A DNA stretch of 35,823 bases, from sequence record SRR20825006_1377; one strand, given 5' to 3'. Below are positions 8,715 to 18,190 of the stretch, piece after piece. The notes beneath the pieces were generated by a model. The model was not told the origin of the DNA, searched no databases, and worked only from the letters and a program-made list of their open reading frames with translations. A program made the position numbers and the translations under genes. Every line of letters begins with the position of its first letter. Position 1 is the stretch's first letter.

Positions 8715-9922
8715 CTGACCCGTTCGAACACGGCTGCGAGCCCCTGCCCGCCCCCGATGCACATGGTCTCCAGGCCATAGCGCGCCTCGCGGCGCTCCAT
8801 TTCCCGGAGCATCGTGGTCAGGATGCGCACGCCGGTCGCGCCGACCGGATGGCCGAGCGAGATGCCGGAGCCGTTCACGTTCAGCCGCTCCATGTCGTCC
8901 TCGGAGAATTCAAGCGCCTTGGTGCAGGCAAGCACCTGCGCCGCGAAGGCTTCATTCAGCTCGATGACGTCAACGTCCTTCAGTTCAAGACCTGCCGTCT
9001 TGAGGGCCTTCTGGCTGGACGGCACCGGCCCAATTCCCATGACTTCAGGCCCAACGCCTGCAACCGACCATGAAACCAATCGCCCAAGCGGCTTGAGGCC
9101 ATATTTCTCTGCCGCCTCGCGCGTACAGACGATGCAGGCTGCCGCGCCATCATTCTGGCCGGACGCATTGCCAGCGGTCACCGTCGACTGATCGTCCACC
9201 TTGCCCCGGATCGCGCGCAGCGTGGACAGCTTCTCCAGAGAGGAATCCGGGCGAATGTGCTCATCCTGGTCCACGACCGTATCGGCCTTGCGGCCTTTCA
9301 CGGTGTACGGAATGATCTCCTCAGAGAACTTGCCCGACTTCTGGGCCGCAGCCGCTTTCATGTGCGAATTGTAAGCGAACTGATCCTGAGCGTCGCGCGT
9401 GATCTGATAATCACGGCGCAAATTCTCCGCCGTCTCGATCATGCCGCCCGGCACGGGATGGTTCTTGCCGCCGGCTGTATAGCGACCGCGTGACAGGCCA
9501 TCATGCAGCATCAGGCCGTCGCCCTTGATGTTCCACCGCATATCGATGGAGAAAAAGGGCGCATTCGACATGCTCTCCGCCCCGCCCGCGATGACAACGT
9601 CATTTGCGCCGGTTGCCACCTGCATCACGGCATTGATCACCGCCTGCAGACCGGAGCCACAGCGCCGGTCGATCTGGTAGCCACCGGTCGAAGTTGTTAG
9701 CCCGGCATCCAGTGCTACCATGCGCCCAAAGGCCGGGGCTTCCATGGTCGGATAGCATTGCGCGAAGATACAGTCTTCCACCGCCTCGGCGGGCAGCTTT
9801 GTCTTTACCATCAGCTCACGGATGACATGTGATGCCATCTCGTGCGCATGCACGGTCTTGAAGGCGCCGCCAAAACCGCCAACGGCGGTGCGGACGGGTT
9901 CGCAGATAACTACGTCTCTCAT
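8711..9922 (-). CDS. Acetyl-CoA C-acyltransferase (thiolase)
   Basis: RRCGSGLQA (catalytic Cys), ELNEAFA, NGSGISLGHPVGATG and MCIGGGQG. Confidence 0.96.
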   Translation of the reverse strand: MRDVVICEPVRTAVGGFGGAFKTVHAHEMASHVIRELMVKTKLPAEAVEDCIFAQCYPTMEAPAFGRMVALDAGLTTSTGGYQIDRRCGSGLQAVINAVMQVATGANDVVIAGGAESMSNAPFFSIDMRWNIKGDGLMLHDGLSRGRYTAGGKNHPVPGGMIETAENLRRDYQITRDAQDQFAYNSHMKAAAAQKSGKFSEEIIPYTVKGRKADTVVDQDEHIRPDSSLEKLSTLRAIRGKVDDQSTVTAGNASGQNDGAAACIVCTREAAEKYGLKPLGRLVSWSVAGVGPEVMGIGPVPSSQKALKTAGLELKDVDVIELNEAFAAQVLACTKALEFSEDDMERLNVNGSGISLGHPVGATGVRILTTMLREMERREARYGLETMCIGGGQGLAAVFERVS

Positions 9923-9927
9923 GGTGC

Positions 9928-10710
9928 TTACTCCTGCTGGTCCCGGCCACGCGCGGTGACCTGTTTGCGAGCCTCTTCCACAGCGTCTGCCGTCACAGAT
10001 TCGGCATGAGCAATGGAGCGTTTGACTTCTTCCTTCATGGCGGCGGCGAAATTCATGCCATAGCCATCATCGATCAGCGCCTTGTATTGCTTGAGCAGGT
10101 CCGGCTGGGAACTGCACATGTCGTGCGCCAGCTTCATGGCAGCCGGCACGAGTTCGTCGGATTCGTAAACACGGTTCACAAGTCCCCAACGTTCCGCGGT
10201 GTGGGCATCGAGGAAGTTACCGGAGAAAGACAGCTCCTTGGCTCGGCTGATACCAATCATGCGCGACAGCTTCTGTGAGAGGCCCCAGCCCGGCACGATG
10301 CCGACGCGGGCATGTGTATCGGCAAACTTGGCATGTTCAGAGGCCAGCAGCACGTCGCACATCAGCGCCAGTTCGAACCCGCCGGTGATTGCAAAGCCGT
10401 TGATCGCGCCGATGATTGGCCAGGGATAATCGGCCAGTGCGCGCGCCATATCTATGGACTTGGAATCCTCGTCAGCGCCCAGGGCGAAACCGGTCTGGCC
10501 GGCCTCCTTCAGGTCGATCCCGGCGGTGAAGGCCCGCCCGGCACCAGTCAGCACAACCGCGCGGACATCCATGTTCTCTTTCAGCTCGTTGAAGACGCTG
10601 ACGATCTCGGCGCGCAGGGTTCGGTTCAGCGCATTCAGCGCGTCGGGCCGGTTCAGTGTTACGAGCGCAACCGGTCCGTCCAATTCGACCTTTACGATGT
10701 CTTCCGCCAT
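9928..10710 (-). CDS. Enoyl-CoA hydratase/crotonase family protein
   Basis: GGAGGA RBS precedes ATG 10710. Motifs LNRPDALNAL, FTAGIDL, GFAITGGFELALMCD and DTHARVGIVPGWG. Confidence 0.93.
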   Translation of the reverse strand: MAEDIVKVELDGPVALVTLNRPDALNALNRTLRAEIVSVFNELKENMDVRAVVLTGAGRAFTAGIDLKEAGQTGFALGADEDSKSIDMARALADYPWPIIGAINGFAITGGFELALMCDVLLASEHAKFADTHARVGIVPGWGLSQKLSRMIGISRAKELSFSGNFLDAHTAERWGLVNRVYESDELVPAAMKLAHDMCSSQPDLLKQYKALIDDGYGMNFAAAMKEEVKRSIAHAESVTADAVEEARKQVTARGRDQQE

Positions 10711-10796
10711 GGGATCCTCCAATTTTCCTGTTTGCCTCTCTTAGCGAGGACAAGCGGGGAGGACCATGCTTGACGTTAGGGCGGTTTTGGAAGGGA

Positions 10797-11282
10797 TCAG
10801 GCCCGGCGCTTGCGAACCAGATTCACAATGCCGATCACGAGAGCAATCATGGCGATTCCGGCCGCAAGGAAGAACAGGCCAAATTTGAGGGGCGTCAGCC
10901 AGGCCTTGGCATCAAGCGCGTCGACCCATCCCGCCAAGGCCAGCACCTGAACCATGTTCTCAGTCAGGTCGGCGATCACGACCCCGAACGCTGGTAGCGC
11001 TGCGTACTTTCCCATGCCGCCAAAGAAGCGCAGGGCCAGTCCGCCGAGGAAGCCCCCATAAGCCAGGGGATACGCCGTATCCAGCAACACCGTCACCCAG
11101 GCATGGGCGGCACGTTGGGCGTCACTCATCGTGGCAATGATCGTTCGGCTCATCTCCGGATCGGAGGTCATGTCGAGAAATGCCCCGCCCACCATTGGCC
11201 GACACAGACCGAAGCCTGCACCAATCACCAGCATCGAAACGAAGCTGACAAGGATCGCGGGGGTGCGCGCCAGAAAACTCAT
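10797..11282 (-). CDS. Hypothetical membrane protein
   Basis: Four hydrophobic segments with LDTAYPLAY and ADLTEN motifs. The start overlaps the stop of the upstream CinA-like gene (ATGA). Confidence 0.8.
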   Translation of the reverse strand: MSFLARTPAILVSFVSMLVIGAGFGLCRPMVGGAFLDMTSDPEMSRTIIATMSDAQRAAHAWVTVLLDTAYPLAYGGFLGGLALRFFGGMGKYAALPAFGVVIADLTENMVQVLALAGWVDALDAKAWLTPLKFGLFFLAAGIAMIALVIGIVNLVRKRRA

Positions 11283-12052
11283 GCGTTTGCGTCCTCGACC
11301 CGCTCCGGCTGGACGCCCGTCGCAGAGATGATCGCTTCCAGCTTGTCAGTAATCATGGGGATAAGGCTTTCCTGTATCGTGCTGGCAACCAGGTGGACAC
11401 CATTGTCACCAATGCCCCGAAACCAGGGATAGGAACCGAGTGCGACGTCCGGCATCTCCTTGGCCAGCACGCCCAGCGGTTCGGCAATGTCACCTTCGCG
11501 CAAGCCCCTGCCCCGTATCGTGACCTTGTGAATGACTGCGCCTGTCTCCAGCCTCGGCCCGATATCTTCCAGCATGCCGCGCGCAACCGACGGAACACCC
11601 GCCAGGGTAAAGACATTCCCGGTCTGGAAGCCCGGCGCCCCGGACACGGGATTGGCCACGATCTGGGCGCCATGCGGAATACGCGCCATGCGCCGACGGG
11701 CTGGCGTGTAGTCTGTGCCCATTGCCTCATAGCGTTGGGCCAGCATAGCCGTGACTTCGGGATGTTCTGAAATCTCCACCCCGAACGCCTTGGCGATGGC
11801 ATCAGCCGTGATGTCATCATGTGTCGGACCAATGCCGCCCGTTGTGAAGACATAGGTGTATTTTGCGCGCAGCGAATTCACGGCCTCGACAATCTCGTCT
11901 TCCACGTCGGGCACGATCCGGGTCTCCCGGACGGGAATACCGAGCGGCGCAAGATAGGAAGCAATCTGTTGTAGATTGATGTCGCGCGTCCGACCGGAGA
12001 GCAGCTCGTCCCCGATCAGGAGGACGGCTGCCGTGGGAGATTCTTTTGTCAT
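11279..12052 (-). CDS. CinA N-terminal-like molybdopterin-binding domain protein
   Basis: IGDELLSGRTRDIN, TTGGIGPTHDDIT, NPVSGAPG and LAGVP. Confidence 0.92.
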   Translation of the reverse strand: MTKESPTAAVLLIGDELLSGRTRDINLQQIASYLAPLGIPVRETRIVPDVEDEIVEAVNSLRAKYTYVFTTGGIGPTHDDITADAIAKAFGVEISEHPEVTAMLAQRYEAMGTDYTPARRRMARIPHGAQIVANPVSGAPGFQTGNVFTLAGVPSVARGMLEDIGPRLETGAVIHKVTIRGRGLREGDIAEPLGVLAKEMPDVALGSYPWFRGIGDNGVHLVASTIQESLIPMITDKLEAIISATGVQPERVEDANA

Positions 12053-12075
12053 AAAGACACTTTGCCCAGACTGGC

Positions 12076-13416
12076 TTATTCTTCAAGCGCCTCATAGACG
12101 AGCCGCATCGATTCCTCACGAAAACCCGCCGGCTCCCCGGGTCGTGCGCCGAAGCGCTGGATCATGCCGATAAAGAATAGATCATTCTCCGGATCGATCC
12201 AGAACCATGTCCCAGCAGCCCCGCCCCAATAATAAGTGCCGGTACCGGCTGGGCTGTCCATGGCGACCGGATCAGAGATGATGGCGAAGTCGATGCCGAA
12301 ATCGCGACGCTTCGGCGTGAAGACACTTCGCTGCGTGCCATCAAATTCCACGCCTGCATCTGGCGGCAACTGGTTTGTCCGCATCAGGGCCACCGTGTCC
12401 TCCTGCAGAATACGATGACCGTCCAGCGTGCCACCATTGAGCATCATCTGGCAGAACCGGGCATAGTCGTCGATCGTGGACACGAGCCCGCCGCCCCCCG
12501 ATTCGAAGGCGATGGTGGACTGCCTGAACTGAACAGTCTCGGTGTAGAATGGCTCGAACCGATCCCGCTCGGAGGCATAATACACGACGTCGGATAGCCG
12601 GTCATACTCCGCTTCGGGAACATAAAATCCGGTATCATCCATGCCCAGCGGCGTGAGAACATTTTGCTTGAGGTATTCGCCAAGAGACAATCCCGAGAAT
12701 TTTTCTACCAGGTAACCCTGAATGTCGACCGAGACCGAATAATACCAGACTTGCCCCGGCTCATGCAGCAAGGGGATACCTGCGACCTTGTCGATGAAGG
12801 TCTGCGGATCAGGCGATTTGAGGACATTCTGCTCCCGAAATTGGGCATTGGCATAATCATCTCCACCAAGGCCGTAAGCGAAACCGGCCGAGTGACTCAT
12901 CAGTTCCCGCATGGTCGCGGGGCGCGATGGGTCTTTCAGGATCGGTGTTCCGTCTTCATGCTCGCCCGCCAGCACTTTCAGCGCTTCAAATTCAGGGATG
13001 TATTTCGTGATCGGATCGTCGAGGTCAAACTCGCCATCTTCATGGAGCTGCATCAGGGCAACGCCCGTGATCGGCTTGGTCATGGAATAGATCCGGTACA
13101 GCGTGCCCGGTTGCACGGGTGTCGATGTTTCAACATCCCTCACACCGTACTGACCATAATGAGCAACCTCACCATCTTTGACGAGCAGGGACTGAAGGCC
13201 CACGACATGCCCGTCCGAGACGAACTTCTGCAGGCGTTCGTCGAGCGCATGCAGTCCATCCGAGCTGAACGCCGTGGCGGACCCGGCAGAAGCAAGAGGC
13301 GGCCAGTCTGCTACCTCATTCTGTTCCGCCATTGCGGGCAGCGCCGCGAGAGACAGCGCCGTCAAGGCGAAGGCAAACCCGGTGAGACACCGACGACAGG
13401 TTTCCAATTTGAGCAT
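12076..13416 (-). CDS. Secreted serine hydrolase, beta-lactamase class C/esterase family
   Basis: Signal peptide, catalytic SMTK (SxxK), LMSHSAG, WYYS, SGGGGL and YYWGGAAGT. AAGGA precedes ATG 13416. Confidence 0.9.
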   Translation of the reverse strand: MLKLETCRRCLTGFAFALTALSLAALPAMAEQNEVADWPPLASAGSATAFSSDGLHALDERLQKFVSDGHVVGLQSLLVKDGEVAHYGQYGVRDVETSTPVQPGTLYRIYSMTKPITGVALMQLHEDGEFDLDDPITKYIPEFEALKVLAGEHEDGTPILKDPSRPATMRELMSHSAGFAYGLGGDDYANAQFREQNVLKSPDPQTFIDKVAGIPLLHEPGQVWYYSVSVDIQGYLVEKFSGLSLGEYLKQNVLTPLGMDDTGFYVPEAEYDRLSDVVYYASERDRFEPFYTETVQFRQSTIAFESGGGGLVSTIDDYARFCQMMLNGGTLDGHRILQEDTVALMRTNQLPPDAGVEFDGTQRSVFTPKRRDFGIDFAIISDPVAMDSPAGTGTYYWGGAAGTWFWIDPENDLFFIGMIQRFGARPGEPAGFREESMRLVYEALEE

Positions 13417-13480
13417 TGCGCGCATTCCTTTTCTTCCCGCAGGACCAGACCATGACCAATGCATTTAGGAGAGACAAGCG

Positions 13481-13505
13481 GGAACGTATTGAGGCTGCGC
13501 GCATT
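13481..13505 (+). promoter_or_regulatory. EcfG/SigT-type (general stress response) promoter upstream of osmC
   Basis: GGAAC (13481-13485)-N16-CATT (13502-13505), one mismatch from the GGAAC-N16/17-CGTT consensus. Confidence 0.6.
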
Positions 13506-13542
13506 GCATTTTTCAATACCCAATTGATTGAAAGGACACGCC

Positions 13543-13980
13543 ATGAAACGTCATGCCACCGCCCATTGGTCCGGAAACCTCGCGGACGGCAAAGGCTCGC
13601 TCACGACGCAGAGCGGCGCGCTGTCCGATCACGCCTACTCCTTCAAGGCGCGATTTGAAGACGAGAGCGGCACGTCGGGTACCAATCCGGAAGAATTGCT
13701 CGCCGCCGCACATGCGGGCTGTTTCACCATGCAGCTCTCCCATCTGCTGGCCGAGAACGGAACACCTGCCACCGATCTGGATACGAAATGCATCGTGTCG
13801 GTCGAGCCGAAAGATGGTGGCGGATTCGAAATCACGCGCAGCGCCTTGACGCTTACGGCCGTGGTTGAAGGCATCGAACACGATGATTTTGACGCCATCG
13901 CCGACAAGGCCAAGAACGGCTGCCCGATGTCGGTCGCCCTCGGCGCCATCGACATCACGCTTGGCACCCAGCTCCAGTAA
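13543..13980 (+). CDS. osmC: OsmC-family peroxiredoxin
   Basis: AAGGA RBS. Motifs [16 protein letters not shown] and AKNGCPMS carry the two catalytic Cys. Confidence 0.93.
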   Translation: MKRHATAHWSGNLADGKGSLTTQSGALSDHAYSFKARFEDESGTSGTNPEELLAAAHAGCFTMQLSHLLAENGTPATDLDTKCIVSVEPKDGGGFEITRSALTLTAVVEGIEHDDFDAIADKAKNGCPMSVALGAIDITLGTQLQ

Positions 13981-14002
13981 CCCTTTCAGAGGATCAAGAC
14001 CC

Positions 14003-14239
14003 ATGGCACCGGAACTCTTATATGGCGTAGGCGCGCTGCTCTTGCTGATCGCCCTGATCTGGGGGGTTAGCCGGGGCCGACTGAAATCCCGCACCGCGGA
14101 AGCGGTCAGCGAGGAAGGCACGCGCGAGATTTACCAGGAGCCCGAACGGTTTGATGACGAGCGGCGCGAAGAACTGAAACGCGCTGCAGAGTCTGCCGAA
14201 GCGGCCGCTGAAAAGCGCGACAAGACGGATGGGGCCTGA
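14003..14239 (+). CDS. 78-aa single-pass membrane protein with a charged tail
   Basis: GAGGA precedes ATG 14003. MAPELLYGVGALLLLIALIWGV is followed by an E/R-rich helix. Confidence 0.7.
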   Translation: MAPELLYGVGALLLLIALIWGVSRGRLKSRTAEAVSEEGTREIYQEPERFDDERREELKRAAESAEAAAEKRDKTDGA

Positions 14240-14339
14240 GTCTGATACTGTTTGGCAGGCCTGAAGGTGGAACTTAGCCGGGCAAATTGCTATCTAGGGG
14301 GCAGATACAGGTATTTCCGCCCCTGAAAGGCTCCGACTG

Positions 14340-15161
14340 ATGACTGACACTTCCCTCCTGCTGCCGATGCGCACGGGCGAAATTCGCATTCACGATGCCG
14401 AAGGCTTCGCAGGTATGCGCAAGGCGGGACGTCTCGTGGCTGAATGCCTCGATATGCTGGTGCCGGAAGTGAAGCCCGGCGTGACTACCGAACATCTCGA
14501 CAATCTGGTGCGGGAATTCGTCATGGATCATGGCGCAACCTCCGCGACGATCGGCTATCGCGGCTACCGCCATGCCAGTTGCATTTCACTCAACCATGTC
14601 ATCTGTCACGGTATCCCCAGCGCCAAGCCGCTGAAGGAAGGCGATATTGCCAATATCGACGTCACCCTGATCATTGATGGCTGGCATGGCGACCATTCGC
14701 GCATGTATGGCGTCGGCAATGTGAAGCGGAAGGCCGAGCGCCTGATGGATGTGACCTATGATGCGCTCATGGCCGGCATCGCGCAGATCCGCCCCGGCAA
14801 GCGCTTTGGCGACATTGGCGGCGCGATCTCCGAAATTGCCCGGCTGAATCGCATGTCGGTCGTAGAGGACTTCTGCGGCCACGGCCTGGGACGCCTGTTC
14901 CATGACGAGCCAAACGTCGTCCACTCATCGGATTACAATACCGGCCCGGAACTGAAGCCCGGCATGTTCTTCACGGTCGAGCCGATGCTGAACCTGGGCC
15001 GCAAGGACGCTGCGATCCTGCCAGATGGCTGGACGGCCGTGACTCGCGACCGCCAGCTGTCGGCGCAGTACGAACATTCTGTCGGCGTGACCGAGGATGG
15101 TGTTGAAATCTTCAGCACATCCCCGAAAGGCTGGCACCAGCCTCACAAGGTCCAGCTTTAG
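14340..15161 (+). CDS. map: Type I methionine aminopeptidase
   Basis: CISLNHVICHGIP, NIDVT, GWHGDHSR, FCGHGLG, FTVEPM and SAQYEHSV. Confidence 0.97.
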   Translation: MTDTSLLLPMRTGEIRIHDAEGFAGMRKAGRLVAECLDMLVPEVKPGVTTEHLDNLVREFVMDHGATSATIGYRGYRHASCISLNHVICHGIPSAKPLKEGDIANIDVTLIIDGWHGDHSRMYGVGNVKRKAERLMDVTYDALMAGIAQIRPGKRFGDIGGAISEIARLNRMSVVEDFCGHGLGRLFHDEPNVVHSSDYNTGPELKPGMFFTVEPMLNLGRKDAAILPDGWTAVTRDRQLSAQYEHSVGVTEDGVEIFSTSPKGWHQPHKVQL

Positions 15162-15167
15162 CGGGCG

Positions 15168-15788
15168 CTATTCTTCGGGCGGCGGCATATAGATTGGCGC
15201 GGCTTCCGGAGGCATCTTCTCCATCGCAATCGTGATCCCGTATTCGGCTGCAAGCTGGCCGATTACAGCGCCTGCTGCTTCGGCTGAATCCGGCTTGGCC
15301 TCCGCAATGCGCGGACCGGCATCATTCATGAAACCTTCAAAAGACCCACCGGTGGTGGTCATGATCAGCCTCGTGGTCTCATCGCTGCCATTCCAGAACA
15401 TGTGCGTGTTGCCCCGGTTCAACGCAGCGAAGTCGCCCGGATAAAGCGACAGGATCTCGTCGCCCGACATGACACTGAGCGCACCGGACACGACGTAGAA
15501 ATACTCATCCTCGCGCGTATGGGTATGTGGCGGTGACCCAGGGCTGCGCGGAGGCAGTTCAAATTCGTATACTGTCACATCGCCCGACGATTCTTCGGAC
15601 GACAGCAATAGTCGGACAGGATGGAACGGGTTCTCGATGGCCTCCCCTGCTCCCGCAACGACAAGTTTGTCGGGATGCGCGTGAACATGATCTGCTGAAA
15701 CACCGCGATGGTCATGGTCTTTCGGTTGGGTCATGCAAGCAGACAGCGCCAGCAAGCCAGCGCCGCAAAGCGCGATTTTATTCAACAT
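15168..15788 (-). CDS. Cupin-domain lipoprotein
   Basis: Lipobox LSAC, His-rich linker, and cupin motifs PPHTHTREDEYFYVVSG and PGDFAALNRGNTH. Confidence 0.85.
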   Translation of the reverse strand: MLNKIALCGAGLLALSACMTQPKDHDHRGVSADHVHAHPDKLVVAGAGEAIENPFHPVRLLLSSEESSGDVTVYEFELPPRSPGSPPHTHTREDEYFYVVSGALSVMSGDEILSLYPGDFAALNRGNTHMFWNGSDETTRLIMTTTGGSFEGFMNDAGPRIAEAKPDSAEAAGAVIGQLAAEYGITIAMEKMPPEAAPIYMPPPEE

Positions 15789-15915
15789 GTTTCATTCTCC
15801 CACGGATTGTCCCTGGGGGAAGTCTATCTGCGACCATACAATTCTCAAGTTCAATCTGGGGCCACGTGATCTAAGTCACTTTATCGAAACGTCATTTCAT
15901 GGTTTTTCAACCATA

Positions 15916-16605
15916 ATGAGCACGTCCCCCGAAGAACCCCACTGGAAAGGTCATCGCGACCGATTGCGAGGCAAACTGCTGACGCGCGGCGCAACCGCGC
16001 TGAGCAATTACGAAGTGCTCGAAGTCTTGCTCATGGCCTTCATCCCGCGCCGGGATGTCAAACCCATCGCGAAAGCGTTGGAAGCCCGCTTTGGCAGTCT
16101 GTCGGCCATCCTCGCTGCCCCGACATCCGACCTCATCAAGGTCAACGGTGTCGGCGAGACAGTCGCGGCGTATCTCAAGGCCATTGCGGAGCTCAACGCC
16201 CGGGCGTCCAGAGAGACGATCCAGAAGAAGCCCGCCATTTCCTCTTGGTCGGCGCTCATCGATTATGTTCGCACCGAACTCCAGCACGAAAAGCGCGAAC
16301 AGTTCCGCATCCTGTTCCTGGATCGGAAAAACCAGTTGATCGCCGACGAAATCATGGGACATGGCACGGTCGACCATGCGCCCGTCTATACGCGTGAGGT
16401 CGCCCGCCGCGCGCTGGAGCTGCATGCATCAGCGCTCATTCTGGTGCACAATCATCCGTCAGGTGACCCCACACCGTCGCGCGCAGACATCGACATTACC
16501 CGCGAAATCATTGATGCACTCGATCCATTCGACATCACCGTGCACGATCATCTGATTGCCGGCACGGGCGGCGTCACCAGCCTGAAATCAGCCGGACTGA
16601 TCTAA
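15916..16605 (+). CDS. radC: RadC/UPF0758 family JAB-domain protein
   Basis: GHRDRLR, YEVLEVLL, HhH motif VNGVGE, GTVDHAPVYTREV, and JAB motif HNHPSGDPTPSRAD...HDHLI. Confidence 0.95.
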   Translation: MSTSPEEPHWKGHRDRLRGKLLTRGATALSNYEVLEVLLMAFIPRRDVKPIAKALEARFGSLSAILAAPTSDLIKVNGVGETVAAYLKAIAELNARASRETIQKKPAISSWSALIDYVRTELQHEKREQFRILFLDRKNQLIADEIMGHGTVDHAPVYTREVARRALELHASALILVHNHPSGDPTPSRADIDITREIIDALDPFDITVHDHLIAGTGGVTSLKSAGLI

Positions 16606-17187
16606 TCTGGACACCAGACTGTCGTGCGCCATTTTCTGAACAGCCGTAATATAGGCGGCCTGCGACCATCTGCATTCGAACCGCAGCTTTTCCCACACTT
16701 CGACTGACAACAGCGCCCAGAGCAAATCCGTTGCCTGCTCGACTGAATAGTCGGGCATAAGCCGGTCTGCGGACTTGAGCGCCATCACAGCGGCTTCACA
16801 CCCATGCCGTACGGCTTGCATTCGGTCATTCCAGGCAGCCGCAGCGGCGTCGTCGGTGTCTCGCATGGCGATCAAGGCGCGCCCCACTCCGTGAATTTCC
16901 GGAATATAGTTCCCCCAAGCCTCCACCCACAAATCCAGACGGTCCGTTCCTTTGGCCTTACGGCTCGCCGCAAGTCGTTCGTCTATGTTTCGGACTTCGT
17001 CCATATAGCGCGCCGTCCCGGTCAGCAGGTCCGCGCGTGTCGGGAAATGAAGATAGACGGCCTGGCGGCTGATGCCCGCGGCCTTGGCGATATCGCTCAT
17101 GCGCACGCCGGACCCGCCAGATTCCTCCAGCAATTTCCATGTAGCGCGCATGATTTTTTCGCGGGTTTCGAGATTCTCACTTGACAT
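16588..17187 (-). CDS. TetR/AcrR family transcriptional regulator
   Basis: N-terminal HTH MSDIAKAAGISRQAVYLHFPTRADL. Confidence 0.93.
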   Translation of the reverse strand: MSSENLETREKIMRATWKLLEESGGSGVRMSDIAKAAGISRQAVYLHFPTRADLLTGTARYMDEVRNIDERLAASRKAKGTDRLDLWVEAWGNYIPEIHGVGRALIAMRDTDDAAAAAWNDRMQAVRHGCEAAVMALKSADRLMPDYSVEQATDLLWALLSVEVWEKLRFECRWSQAAYITAVQKMAHDSLVSRLDQSG

Positions 17188-17237
17188 GATGTCAATCTAT
17201 AGGCACTTGACGCCATGTCAACTTTACACCGTGTCAA
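17181..17237. promoter_or_regulatory. Three palindromic TetR-type operator boxes (TTGACA-N3-TGTCAA) in the divergent promoter
   Basis: TTGACATGATGTCAA (17181-17195), TTGACGCCATGTCAA (17207-17221) and TTTACACCGTGTCAA (17223-17237). Confidence 0.85.
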
Positions 17238-17253
17238 GCAAAGGAGATTGAAC

Positions 17254-18111
17254 ATGACACAGCACCTTCATAACCAGACAACGCATCGCGGGCCTGTGCT
17301 CGTATTGGGTGGCACCGGAAAGACCGGTCGTCGGATTGTCGGCCGGTTGCGCGAGCGGGGTATTGATACCCGGGTCGGATCAAGGTCCGGCTCGCCCGCC
17401 TTCGATTGGGATGAGCCGTCCGGCTGGAACGCCGTGCTGGCTGGCATGAGCGCGGTATATATCAGCTACACGCCTGACCTCGCCGTGCCCACCGCCAAGC
17501 AAGCGATCCGGCACCTTGTCGAACGCGCAAAAGCGCAGGGCGTGCAGCATCTCGTCCTGCTGTCTGGACGCGGAGAGCCAGACGCCCAGGCCTGCGAGCG
17601 CATCGTGCAGGAAAGCGGTCTCGACTGGACCATTGTGCGCGCCAGCTGGTTCAATCAGAATTTCTCCGAAGGCGATTTCCTGCCGCTGGTCCTGTCTGGT
17701 GACATCACACTGCCGGCTGGACATGTGCCGGAACCGTTTGTGGATGCCGAGGATATCGCCGACGTGGCCGTCGCTGCTCTCACCGAGACCGGACATATTG
17801 GCGAAGTCTACGAAGTGACCGGTCCCCGACTGATGACGTTTGACGAACTGGCCAGCGAATTATCACGCGCAACCGACCGCAAGATCAGTTTCGTCCGTGT
17901 GCCTGCTAATGAATTTCTTCAAGGGTTTCGCCAGGCTGGCGCTCCGGAAGACATGATCTGGCTGCTCGACTACCTGTTCTCCACCATACTTGATGGCCGC
18001 AATGCCCAACTCTGTGACGGTGTGGAACGGGCCCTGGGCCGACCGCCAAAGGACTTTTCCGACTTCGCCAACGAAGTCGCCGCCTCCGGGCTCTGGAGCG
18101 CCGCTGCGTGA
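17254..18111 (+). CDS. NmrA-like NAD(P)H-binding protein (atypical SDR)
   Basis: AAGGAG RBS. Motifs VLGGTGKTG, WTIVRASWFNQN, FVDAEDIADVA and YEVTGP. Confidence 0.9.
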   Translation: MTQHLHNQTTHRGPVLVLGGTGKTGRRIVGRLRERGIDTRVGSRSGSPAFDWDEPSGWNAVLAGMSAVYISYTPDLAVPTAKQAIRHLVERAKAQGVQHLVLLSGRGEPDAQACERIVQESGLDWTIVRASWFNQNFSEGDFLPLVLSGDITLPAGHVPEPFVDAEDIADVAVAALTETGHIGEVYEVTGPRLMTFDELASELSRATDRKISFVRVPANEFLQGFRQAGAPEDMIWLLDYLFSTILDGRNAQLCDGVERALGRPPKDFSDFANEVAASGLWSAAA

Positions 18112-18190
18112 CGCCCGCCTCACTCACCCCGCATGTCCGTAGCTGACTGATCCTCTTCGGCGGGCATGCCACATCCAAGGAATCAAACTC

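Noticed and set aside
15916-16605. radC as a marker of a mobile or anti-restriction element
   Set aside because: It is the full-length HhH+JAB chromosomal form near map, not the short form found on mobile elements.
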